Shown one piece after another: positions 38,857 to 47,435 of a stretch of 64,000 nt of DNA. Source of the stretch: an uncultured Candidatus Binatia bacterium (GTDB taxonomy: Bacteria; Desulfobacterota; Binatia; UBA9968; JAJDTQ01); the NCBI GenBank assembly GCA_965204235.1, contig OZ241979.1, positions 2,638,103 through 2,702,102 of the forward strand. The letters run 5' to 3'. The first letter of the stretch is position 1; each line of letters begins with the position of its first letter. Made by a program: the position numbers and the translations under genes. The notes beneath the pieces are model-generated. The model was given only the letters and a program-made list of their open reading frames with translations, was not told the origin of the DNA and did not search any database.

Positions 38857-40584
38857 GTGATGGCGAGACTGCGACTGTTCGGACGGTTCGTCGCGGCCGC
38901 GGCGGCCTTGGCGGCGTTCGCGTCCCCGGCGCAGGCCGGCCGCGGGGCCGACGGCGAGTTGAAGCTGCTCTACTGGCAGGCGCCGTCGATCCTGAACCCG
39001 TTCCTGTCGGGCGGCACCAAGGACATCCATGCGGCCGCCCTGGTCCTGGAGCCGCTGGTGCGTTACGACGAGGACGGCAACATGGCGCCGGCCCTGGCGT
39101 CGGAAATCCCCACCGTCGCCAACCGCGGAGTCGCCGCGGACCTCAAGTCCATCACCTGGAAGCTCAGGAAGGACGTGGTGTGGTCGGACGGCACGCCGTT
39201 CACCGCGGCGGACGTGGCGTTCACCGCGGCGTACTGCATGCACCCCGAGGGGGGGTGCAACGCGGCCAGCCGGTTCCAGGACGTGGCGTCCGTGGAGGCG
39301 GTGGACGACCATACGGTGCGGATCTCCTTCGCCGTCCCCATGCCGTTCCCCTATGCCCCGTTCGCCGGTTCGGTCTGTCCGGTCATCCAGAAGAAGCAGT
39401 TCGAGAAGTGCCTGGGCGCCAAGGCGCCGGAGTGTACGAAGGAGAACTTCGGTCCCGTGGGCACCGGCCCCTTCAGGGTGCAGGAGTTCCGGGCCAACGA
39501 CGTGGTCCGCTACGTCGTCAACGACCGATACCGCGACCCCGACCGACCGGCCTTCTCCTCGGTCCTGTTGAAGGGCGGCGGGGACGCGGTCTCGTCGGCT
39601 CGCGCGGTGCTGGAGACCGGCGAGTTCGACTACGCCTGGAACCTCCAGGTGGAGCCGGAGATCCTCGCCGCCATGGCCAGGGCGGGCAAGGGCCAGGTGC
39701 TGTCCGCCTTCGGCACCCTGGTGGAGCGCCTGGTGGTGCAGCTCACCAACCCCGACCCGGCCTTGGGCGCCAAGCGGTCCACCTACCAGAGCGGCAGGAA
39801 CCCCCACCCCTTCCTCTCGGACCCCGCGGTGCGGCGCGCCCTGTCCATGTCCATCGATCGGGAGGTCCTGGTGGACGCGGGTTACGGTCCCGCGGGTCGG
39901 GTCACCTGCAACGTGCTTCCGGCCCCCGCGGTCTATGCCTCCGCGGCCAACGACTGGTGCAGGACCCGGGACGCGGCCGGCGCCAACCGGCTGCTCGACG
40001 AGGCCGGCTGGCTGCCCGGTCCGGACGGCGTCCGCGCCAGGGACGGTGTGCGGCTTTCGATCCTCTACCAGACCTCCACCAATTCGGTCCGTCAGGGCAC
40101 ACAGGCGTTGATCAAGCAGATGTGGCGGGAGATCGGCGTCGAGACCGAGTTGAAGAACATCAGCGGGTCGGTGTTCTTCGGCAGCGATCCGGCGAGCCCG
40201 GACACCTACCAGAAGTTCTACGCGGACATCCAGATGTACACCAACAACTTCGACGGCACGGATCCCCAGGCATACCTGCAGGGTTGGCTGTGCGAGGAGA
40301 TCCCGGGGCCCGGGAAGCAGTGGATCGGCCGCAACATCTCACGCTACTGCAACCCGGAGTACGACCGGCTTGCGGCGTTGCTTGCCAAGACCCCGGGGAT
40401 CGAGAGACGCGCGGGCATCGCCAAGCGCATGAACGACATGCTGGTGGGCGACGGAGCGGTGATCCCGCTGGTCCATCGCGGCGAGGTGGCCGCCCGGGCG
40501 CTGTCCCTCGGGGGGGTGCGCCACAACGCCTGGGACGCCACCCTGTGGAACGTCCAGGAGTGGCATCGCCGGCCGCAGCGCTGA
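38857..40584 (+). CDS. Peptide ABC transporter substrate-binding protein
   Basis: Signal peptide; YWQAPSILNPFLSGGTKD; WSDGTPFTAADV; GTGPF. Confidence 0.92.
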   Translation: MMARLRLFGRFVAAAAALAAFASPAQAGRGADGELKLLYWQAPSILNPFLSGGTKDIHAAALVLEPLVRYDEDGNMAPALASEIPTVANRGVAADLKSITWKLRKDVVWSDGTPFTAADVAFTAAYCMHPEGGCNAASRFQDVASVEAVDDHTVRISFAVPMPFPYAPFAGSVCPVIQKKQFEKCLGAKAPECTKENFGPVGTGPFRVQEFRANDVVRYVVNDRYRDPDRPAFSSVLLKGGGDAVSSARAVLETGEFDYAWNLQVEPEILAAMARAGKGQVLSAFGTLVERLVVQLTNPDPALGAKRSTYQSGRNPHPFLSDPAVRRALSMSIDREVLVDAGYGPAGRVTCNVLPAPAVYASAANDWCRTRDAAGANRLLDEAGWLPGPDGVRARDGVRLSILYQTSTNSVRQGTQALIKQMWREIGVETELKNISGSVFFGSDPASPDTYQKFYADIQMYTNNFDGTDPQAYLQGWLCEEIPGPGKQWIGRNISRYCNPEYDRLAALLAKTPGIERRAGIAKRMNDMLVGDGAVIPLVHRGEVAARALSLGGVRHNAWDATLWNVQEWHRRPQR

Positions 40585-40662
40585 TCCGGGACCCGCGCGG
40601 CAACTCCGCCCGCGCGCTTTCCTGCGGGTGATCGCAAGGGTCCCGTCCATGTCGAGCCGTCC

Positions 40663-41676
40663 ATGTCGAGGTATGTGGCCAGGCGCCTGCTGTTCTCGGT
40701 CCCGACGCTGCTCGCCATCAGCTTCATCGTCTTCGCCCTGCTCGACCTCGCCCCCAACGACCCCACGGCCCAGCTTCCGCTGACCATCCCTCCGGAGACC
40801 CGGGAAGCCATCCGGGAGAGCCTGGGACTCGGGCAACCGTTCCACGTCCGCTATCTCAAGTGGCTCGGCCAGTTCATGGTCAACGAGCCCCTCAACCTGA
40901 TGGAGCGCCTGTGGGGGATCGAGGTCGGCGACTCCGCGGAGCGCCTGCGCGTGCGCTCCTGGTCCACCCGGGCGCCGGTGGTGGACCTGATCGCGGACCG
41001 GCTGCCCCAGACCCTGACCGTGGTGGGCGTCTCCTACCTCGCGGCCGTCCTCCTGGCTGTGCCGGTGGGCGTCCTCTCCGCCTACCGGCAGTATTCGGTC
41101 TTCGACCAGGTGGGCGCCTTCGTCACCATGGTGGGCTTCTCGATCCCCACCTTCTTCACCGGAACGGTACTGATCGTGGTCTTCAGCGTCAGCCTCGACT
41201 GGCTGCCGTCCATCTACGACACCACCCACCGAGTGACGGACCTGGAGAGCTTCGGCTACCAAGTCAAGCAGATGGTCATGCCGGTGACGGTGCTGGGTCT
41301 GTTCAATGCGGCGCAACTCAGCCGGTTCACGCGCTCCGCGGTCCTGGAGAACCTCAACCGGGACTACGTGCGCACCGCCCGGGCCAAGGGGCTGACCGAG
41401 CGTGTGGTGGTCCTGGTCCACGTGCTGCGCAACAGCATGATCCCGGTGGTCACGGTGGCGGCCCTGGGACTGCCGTCCACCTTCGCAGGGGCCATCATCA
41501 CCGAGCAGATATTCCGCATCAACGGGGTGGGCCAGTTGCTCATCGGCGCCATCGAGAGCGGGGACATCCCCACCGTCCAGACCGTGACCTTCCTCTTCGC
41601 GGTGCTGATCGTGGCGTTCAACCTGGCCGCGGACGTGCTCTACGGCGTGCTGGACCCGAGGATCCGGTATGACTGA
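40663..41676 (+). CDS. Peptide ABC permease (OppB/DppB-like)
   Basis: DYVRTARAKGL, LDPRIRY. Confidence 0.93.
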   Translation: MSRYVARRLLFSVPTLLAISFIVFALLDLAPNDPTAQLPLTIPPETREAIRESLGLGQPFHVRYLKWLGQFMVNEPLNLMERLWGIEVGDSAERLRVRSWSTRAPVVDLIADRLPQTLTVVGVSYLAAVLLAVPVGVLSAYRQYSVFDQVGAFVTMVGFSIPTFFTGTVLIVVFSVSLDWLPSIYDTTHRVTDLESFGYQVKQMVMPVTVLGLFNAAQLSRFTRSAVLENLNRDYVRTARAKGLTERVVVLVHVLRNSMIPVVTVAALGLPSTFAGAIITEQIFRINGVGQLLIGAIESGDIPTVQTVTFLFAVLIVAFNLAADVLYGVLDPRIRYD

Positions 41677-41788
41677 GGGCTTGGACGTGACGTTCCTGGG
41701 GTTCCTCTTCGCGGTGCTGGTCGCGGAGTTCCACCCCGCGGCGGAGATCCTCCACTGCGTGCCGAAACCGAGGAACCGGCATGACTGA
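41669..41788 (+). other. Degenerate duplication of permease 3' end forming a 39-aa mini-ORF
   Basis: MTEGLDVTFLGFLFAVLVAEFHPAAEILHCVPKPRNRHD; ATGACTGA at both ends. Confidence 0.6.
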
Positions 41789-42707
41789 CGGTGTCCCGGA
41801 GTCCGCCCGGGGACCGGCTACGACATCGGCTCGCCCCTCGCCGGCCCGGGACGTGTGGCGCCAGTTCCTGCGACACAAGGGCGCCCTGACCGGCGCCGCC
41901 GCGTTCTCGGTGGTCGCGTTGGCGGTGCTGCTCGGGTCCGCGGTCCACGGCGTGGACCCGCAATACCTCGACTACGCGGCCAGGAACCGGGGCATGTCGC
42001 TGGCTCACCCCATGGGCACGGACAACCTGGGCCGCGACATGTTGGCCCGGGTGCTGGCGGGCGGACGGGTCTCGCTTGCGGTGGGAGTCGGCGCAATGGC
42101 GCTGTCGCTGACCCTCGGGACCTTCGTCGGCGTCACCGCGGGCTTCTTCCGGATGTTCGACGGTCCGCTCATGCGGCTCACCGACCTGTTCCTGGCCCTG
42201 CCGGTGCTGCCGCTGCTGCTGGTGGCCATCATGCTGTTCCGGGACCCGTTGCGCGCCGCCCTGGGACCGGAGCTCGGGATATTCGTCCTGGTGGTCGCGG
42301 TCATCGGCATGACGAGCTGGATGCAGACCGCGCGCATCGTTCGCGGAGAGGTGCTCGCGGTCAAGCAGCGGGAGTTCGTGCTCGCCGCCCGGGGCATGGG
42401 CGCGGGGCCGCACCACGTCATCGTGAAGCACGTCCTCCCCAACGCCCTGAATCCCATCACGGTGGCGGCCACCCTCGGCATCGCCCAGGCCATCATCACC
42501 GAAAGCGCCCTGAGCTTCCTGGGCCTCGGTTTCCCCTCCGATTTCCCCACCTGGGGCCGGTTGCTCTACGACGGCGTGCCCTTCCTCGGCATCACCCCCG
42601 CCCGGGTCGTCTGGCCGGGTCTCGCCATCTCGCTCACGGTCCTGAGCGTGAACTACATGGGCGACGGCCTGCGCGACGCCCTGGACCCGCACATGCGGCG
42701 GCGGTGA
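41781..42707 (+). CDS. Peptide ABC permease (OppC/DppC-like)
   Basis: HPMGTDNLGRD, EFVLAAR..GA, LSFLGLG, GDGLRDALDP. Confidence 0.93.
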   Translation: MTDGVPESARGPATTSARPSPARDVWRQFLRHKGALTGAAAFSVVALAVLLGSAVHGVDPQYLDYAARNRGMSLAHPMGTDNLGRDMLARVLAGGRVSLAVGVGAMALSLTLGTFVGVTAGFFRMFDGPLMRLTDLFLALPVLPLLLVAIMLFRDPLRAALGPELGIFVLVVAVIGMTSWMQTARIVRGEVLAVKQREFVLAARGMGAGPHHVIVKHVLPNALNPITVAATLGIAQAIITESALSFLGLGFPSDFPTWGRLLYDGVPFLGITPARVVWPGLAISLTVLSVNYMGDGLRDALDPHMRRR

Positions 42708-42800
42708 CGTTCGGCGCCGGCGGGGAGGCTTCGGACGATGGATTCAGAACCACTTTACCGTTCGACGGCCTTCCGGTACAGATCGGAATGTGCCGGCGGT

Positions 42801-43925
42801 TCAGTTCGGTTCGTCGTCGCGAATGACGTTCTCCAGGCGTGGATTCCGCAGCCACCACCGCTGACCCATGCGATCGAGGTCACCCGCCAAGACGACCAGC
42901 GCCCGGTCATGGTGGGCCTTAAGCGTCCGCTCGTAGTCCTCGCGCTCCAGAAGCGCCGCGACCGACTGCCGCTGGCCATCGATGTCGGTCACCAGGCCGA
43001 CCGCGCCGTCGTCGTCCGTCTGTCCGCGTTTCAGGAGTTGAACGAAACCGTGAAGGCGCACATCCGGCCGTGGCGCGCGATCGCGGAGCAAGCGCGCGGC
43101 TTCCTGCAGAACGGCCGTATCCGCCCGGCCAAACCGAACGACGGCCCTCGATGCCGTCATTGGCCGGGTGCGCGCCCACGAGACCTCCACGTCCAGCGTC
43201 GGGAACGGTTCGATGATCCGGACCAGCGCCTCGCACAGATTCGCGCTCACGCCTCCGGCCAGCGACTCGCGGAACGCGTCTTTATCGCCGGCGGCCGTGC
43301 GTTCCACCGCTCCACGGGCCGCGTTGAGGGCTTCGACCAGACGCCGTGTCATCCGCCGTTCGATCGGGGCGTTCCGATCGTCCGAGTCCGGGAGCAGCGC
43401 AGGCATCGGTGGCGGCACCACCGGCGTCAGCAACGTCACCACGAAGCTGCCCTGATCGGTCTGTCCCAGACGCATCCGCTTCAACAGGGCCGTCGCCTCC
43501 CGGTTCGCGCCCGCGCGATAGACCGGCCGCGGATCGTACAGCGAGCACGCCACCGACAACAGCATGTCCCGGGCGCCGCCGATCAGGTCCACGCCGTCGT
43601 TCAGCGTCACGCTGCCGTCGTCGCTCTCCGCGGCCCGCACGCGAACGACGTCGCGGTCCGCGACCACCAGAGAGCGATAGATCGTCAACTCGTCCTGACC
43701 GGAGACCTGTGCGAACGTCTCGATCAGCGCCGCCACGACGTTCGCGTAGTCACCGAGGCGCTCCGTGCGCGGGACGATGATCTCCGGCCGAGCCTCGCCC
43801 ACATAGACGTCCGAGTGCACGCGGTATTGCTCCCGCAGGCTCCACCCAGTGGCGCGGGCGTAAGCGGACAGCGCCGCCGGCGAGACCGCTCGCAGGGCGT
43901 CCGTATCGCGGATGCTGACCTTCAT
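42801..43925 (-). CDS. Hypothetical protein (374 aa), partner of DUF4365 gene
   Basis: TGATG overlap with upstream gene; GQTDQGSFVV, GVSANLCEAL blocks. Confidence 0.75.
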   Translation of the reverse strand: MKVSIRDTDALRAVSPAALSAYARATGWSLREQYRVHSDVYVGEARPEIIVPRTERLGDYANVVAALIETFAQVSGQDELTIYRSLVVADRDVVRVRAAESDDGSVTLNDGVDLIGGARDMLLSVACSLYDPRPVYRAGANREATALLKRMRLGQTDQGSFVVTLLTPVVPPPMPALLPDSDDRNAPIERRMTRRLVEALNAARGAVERTAAGDKDAFRESLAGGVSANLCEALVRIIEPFPTLDVEVSWARTRPMTASRAVVRFGRADTAVLQEAARLLRDRAPRPDVRLHGFVQLLKRGQTDDDGAVGLVTDIDGQRQSVAALLEREDYERTLKAHHDRALVVLAGDLDRMGQRWWLRNPRLENVIRDDEPN

Positions 43926-44425
43926 CAGATTTCCCCCTTCCGGGACCGCTCCATGAGTTCTCGCAGGGCCTCGACGTCGAACACGTTGCGTTCCGGAATG
44001 CGCACGGTGACGGTTTGCTGCCCGGCGTCTTCGGCATATCCCTGCTGCAGGCTCAACCAGTAGGCCCTGCGCCGCAGGACAAGTTCTTCCGCGGTCACCG
44101 TCATCCAGCGCGACTCGTCCCTCGGCAACTCGAACACCACGAGCAGCCGCGGCGTCTGCGTTTCGCCGCGCAGATCGCTGTAGTTCTTGATCGTCAATCG
44201 AAACGGTACGAAACCGGCGTGTGGCTCATCGAGGACGGACGTGGCCTTCAGTTGCAAATCGAGCGCCGGCCGACGCGGCCCGCCCGCATGAATGCACAGA
44301 TCGACGCTGTCCCGGTCCAGCTTCGGCGCCGATGTCCCAAAGCCCGCCCGCGCCGCCAAGGCCTTGACGTACAGGAGAGACAACTGCTCCTTCTGATCCG
44401 GAACGGTGAGCAACGTCCCTGTCAT
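43925..44425 (-). CDS. DUF4365 PD-(D/E)xK-like nuclease domain protein
   Basis: KEQLS..YV.A.AA.AG, DRDSVD, QLKAT, PRLLVV, AYW.SL. Confidence 0.8.
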   Translation of the reverse strand: MTGTLLTVPDQKEQLSLLYVKALAARAGFGTSAPKLDRDSVDLCIHAGGPRRPALDLQLKATSVLDEPHAGFVPFRLTIKNYSDLRGETQTPRLLVVFELPRDESRWMTVTAEELVLRRRAYWLSLQQGYAEDAGQQTVTVRIPERNVFDVEALRELMERSRKGEI

Positions 44426-45228
44426 GCGAGCTCCCCGACGATCTTCTCGGCGTCGCTCATCCGCATCTCTCCGGAGATCAGTTTCGGAAGCAGGGCATCC
44501 CGCATTCCGGCGAGGGTGCGAGACTCGAGAACCTTGGCGATAATCTGTTCAACCACGGAGTGCATGGCGTTCTGAAAGGCCTCCACAGCGGGCGGGGTCG
44601 GCAGGCATGTTCGATAATCTCCCATCATCGTCCAGTTCGTACGCGGCATTTTCGTGCCCGTGGAGCCCTGATCCGTATAGCTGACGAATTCGGTGGATGA
44701 AACACAGGCCAGGACGAAGGCGGACCACTCAGTGGATTTTGAAGTGATCACTGCGATGTCCGTGGAACAGGCGCCATTGATCGGCGCGACACCGACTTTG
44801 TGGAAGTAAGGTCTTAGCCTGCCGAACAGCACTTCGCCTTTTTTGAAGATAGAAAAAGAAGGTGGTATCAATTCCTCTGGAAGGAGTAACGCGAAAAACA
44901 TGTTGATTCAACCAACCTTCCGGACCATGCCACTAGAACGCATCAATGGAAGTTTCCGGCTGTCCAGACCAGGAAAACAATAGATCACCTGCACGCACGC
45001 GCACGGATTCATGGAAGTTTTGATATGTGAACCTGCTTTGATCTCTGCGATCTTGATAATCGGACGTCCCGCCGTACTGAACTCGATATTCCGATAGGCC
45101 AGTCCGTTGACCCATTGCGCCATGGAATAGAGGGGTCTGCGCTTCCAATGAGCAGGAAACGCTGGACGATAGAGCCAGCCAGCCGGCGTTTTTCTACTGG
45201 ATGCGGAGTTGGTATCCAACGCGGTCAT
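44422..45228 (-). pseudogene. hsdS: Type I R-M specificity subunit, disrupted
   Basis: Fragments in several frames: NGLAY..IIKIAE, GDLLFSWSG, GWLNQH.FRV, KKGEVLFGRLRPYF, RDALLPKLISGE; internal stop, frameshift and deletion. Confidence 0.85.
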
Positions 45229-45458
45229 TCCTTGCACGCCCCCTCGGCGATGGCGCGTTCCATGTCCTCCAGTGTCACCCGCGGGCCGTCATGTTTCAGC
45301 GCGCCGAACAATCGTCCGATGGGCCGCATGGGCAGAACCCGGACCTCGTTGTCGAGGATGACGTAGCGCACGCGATCCCCGGCCCCTACTCCGAGGGCCT
45401 CCCGGACCTGTTTGGGCAGCGTCGTCTGTCCCTTCGAGGTAATCGTGGACGTGATCAT
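45225..45458 (-). CDS. AbrB/MazE/SpoVT-family antitoxin-like protein
   Basis: STITSKGQTTLPK.VREALG...GDRV. Confidence 0.85.
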   Translation of the reverse strand: MITSTITSKGQTTLPKQVREALGVGAGDRVRYVILDNEVRVLPMRPIGRLFGALKHDGPRVTLEDMERAIAEGACKE

Positions 45459-45477
45459 GGCGAAATCTCTCCCCCCT

Positions 45478-47238
45478 CTACTTCCCTTGGCCCGGCTTCG
45501 CCGCCGGGCGGTACTCCACCAGCGACGACCGGCCGGTGACGGAGACGATGCGCGCCCACGCTTCGTTCCCGTCGGCGTCCGTGAGGCGCAGGTCTTCTCC
45601 GGGAATGAAGTGCACGGGCTGGGGTTGGCCCTGGTTGACGGCGATGTTGGAGGCGTACAGCCAAGTGCGGTCGAGGGCGTCGCGAACGGGGTTCAGGCTG
45701 CCCCTGAGACCCGGGATCGTTCCGGTGTCCTCGGGGAAGATGACTGCGCCGCCTCCGGGCAAGGCGTCCGGTTCGAGAAGGAGACGGCCCTCCTCCGCGG
45801 GCAGCCAGTCGAGACGGACGCACGCGGAGAAACCCGTTGTTGCGGCGAACACCGTCATTGGCAAGTGGCCGGAGTGCAGGTCCAGGTTCGCCTCTCCGTG
45901 TTCGTCGGTGGCCGCTCGTTTCCATGTGTCGTTGGGGAACAGCGCCAGCACGTCCACATCGGCCAGCGGCTCCCCGGCGCACCGCACGCTGACGACGGCG
46001 CGGACGGGGCTCGGCTCCTGCGGCGCCGCGGGGATGACGAGGCAGACTTCCGCGTCGTCGATCACCCGGTATTCGGGCGGTCTCCCGCAAAGCCCCCGGG
46101 TTTCGCGCAGGATGATCGGGACGCCGTCCCCGCGCCGTTCCATGAAATACCGTCTTTCCTCAGATCCCCGGATTCCTCCCACCGGCATCCGCCCGAGCAC
46201 GGAGGTCAAGGTCTGGTTGCGGGCGGCCTGCCGCGTCGCCATGCTGTCCACCGTCAGGTTGTTCGGCAGCGAGCCGGGCGACTGGATCTCCAGTCGGTCT
46301 TCGAACATGGCCAGCCGGATGCGGCTGCCTCGCATCGAATAGTCGCGATGCGCCACTGCATTGACCAGGGCCTCGAACAGCGCGCGGTCGCTGTATTCCG
46401 GCACGTCCACGCGGGCCGGCTCCTTGCGCGCCGCCACCCGCATGTTCCGCGCCACGAAGACCATCGCGTCCGCAACCTGCTGGTTCAGCGGGCCGCCGAT
46501 CTCGCGTGTGTCGATCTGGCCGGAGGCGCGGTCCCTTCCCCGGTAGTGCGTCGCGGTAATGCCGACGTTGGGCAGCCGCTCCTCGGGGTTCCGGGTGCAC
46601 AGCAACACGCCGGTCACGGTGGCCCGCATGACCCCTGCTTCGTCGGGTGCCAGGAGCGCCAGCTTCTCGAGCGCCGCCTCGGGATTCGCCGCGCCCTCGG
46701 CGCTGAGCAGAGGCCGCCACAGAGACTCGTCCAGCGTTCGGAAGCCCGTGTTCGGGACGGTCTGTTCGTCGAACCCGCGGAACCGCGCCTGTCCCCGCCG
46801 CTGCGCCAAGCGCAACCGCTCGTCGTTCGTCATCCTGCGCTTCGAAGCGCCTACTCGAAGGTAGCTTCCACCGGGACTGTCATGCTGCGAGTCGCCTTCC
46901 GGGACTTCGAGCAGCAGCACCCGCCTGCCCTCCGGCAGCATCTTGTGCCAAGTCCGGATGCGCACGGGCGGTTTGATGGAATCGGTGCTGACTTCCACGA
47001 GCAAGGCGTCCAGTGCGGCGATCTGCTCCCGCGACATGCCCTGCGCCCGTCCATCGTCGGTGACGCCGCAGAGCAACACGCCGCCGCGCGCATTGGCGAA
47101 CGCCGCGATCTCGTCCGCCCAGTCGTCCCGTCCCGGGCGGTTCGGACGGTTCCCGGCGAATTCGACCTGCTCGAACTCCCAGGCGCTGTCCTCGCCCGCC
47201 TGGATCTGGCGGATGATGTCCTCGGCGCCGTAACTCAT
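45478..47238 (-). CDS. Schlafen/AlbA_2 plus RecG-C-like (HATPase_c_4) protein with extra C-terminal domain
   Basis: GEDS.WEF, AFAN.RGG.L..GVTDDG, EALVNAVAHRDY, IQSPG.L, MERRGDG. Confidence 0.85.
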   Translation of the reverse strand: MSYGAEDIIRQIQAGEDSAWEFEQVEFAGNRPNRPGRDDWADEIAAFANARGGVLLCGVTDDGRAQGMSREQIAALDALLVEVSTDSIKPPVRIRTWHKMLPEGRRVLLLEVPEGDSQHDSPGGSYLRVGASKRRMTNDERLRLAQRRGQARFRGFDEQTVPNTGFRTLDESLWRPLLSAEGAANPEAALEKLALLAPDEAGVMRATVTGVLLCTRNPEERLPNVGITATHYRGRDRASGQIDTREIGGPLNQQVADAMVFVARNMRVAARKEPARVDVPEYSDRALFEALVNAVAHRDYSMRGSRIRLAMFEDRLEIQSPGSLPNNLTVDSMATRQAARNQTLTSVLGRMPVGGIRGSEERRYFMERRGDGVPIILRETRGLCGRPPEYRVIDDAEVCLVIPAAPQEPSPVRAVVSVRCAGEPLADVDVLALFPNDTWKRAATDEHGEANLDLHSGHLPMTVFAATTGFSACVRLDWLPAEEGRLLLEPDALPGGGAVIFPEDTGTIPGLRGSLNPVRDALDRTWLYASNIAVNQGQPQPVHFIPGEDLRLTDADGNEAWARIVSVTGRSSLVEYRPAAKPGQGK

Positions 47239-47423
47239 CCTGGATCTCCAAAGCCCGGACGCTTCACGTTCCCGGCGATGGCGGCGTCGATGACGTCGGC
47301 CATGAGGACGCACATACCGAGTTGGTCAGCAGCGCGGCATTGCGTGCGCCGGAATAGATCTTGCCCCTCGGCCGGGTCGGCGAGAAAGACATTGAGCTTG
47401 TTGTTGTCCACGATGATGCACAT
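47235..47423 (-). pseudogene. Chimeric remnant: PIN-like N-terminus fused to HsdM-like C-terminus
   Basis: MCIIVDNN start; ends IDAAIAGNVKRPGFG, resembling HsdM termini (LDAAIA.NL..LGF/Y). Confidence 0.5.
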
Positions 47424-47435
47424 CCCCGGAGGCCC

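Noticed and set aside
44422-45228. Phase-variable hsdS
   Set aside because: Multiple independent lesions, no simple-sequence tract or invertible repeats, and hsdM/hsdR are missing.
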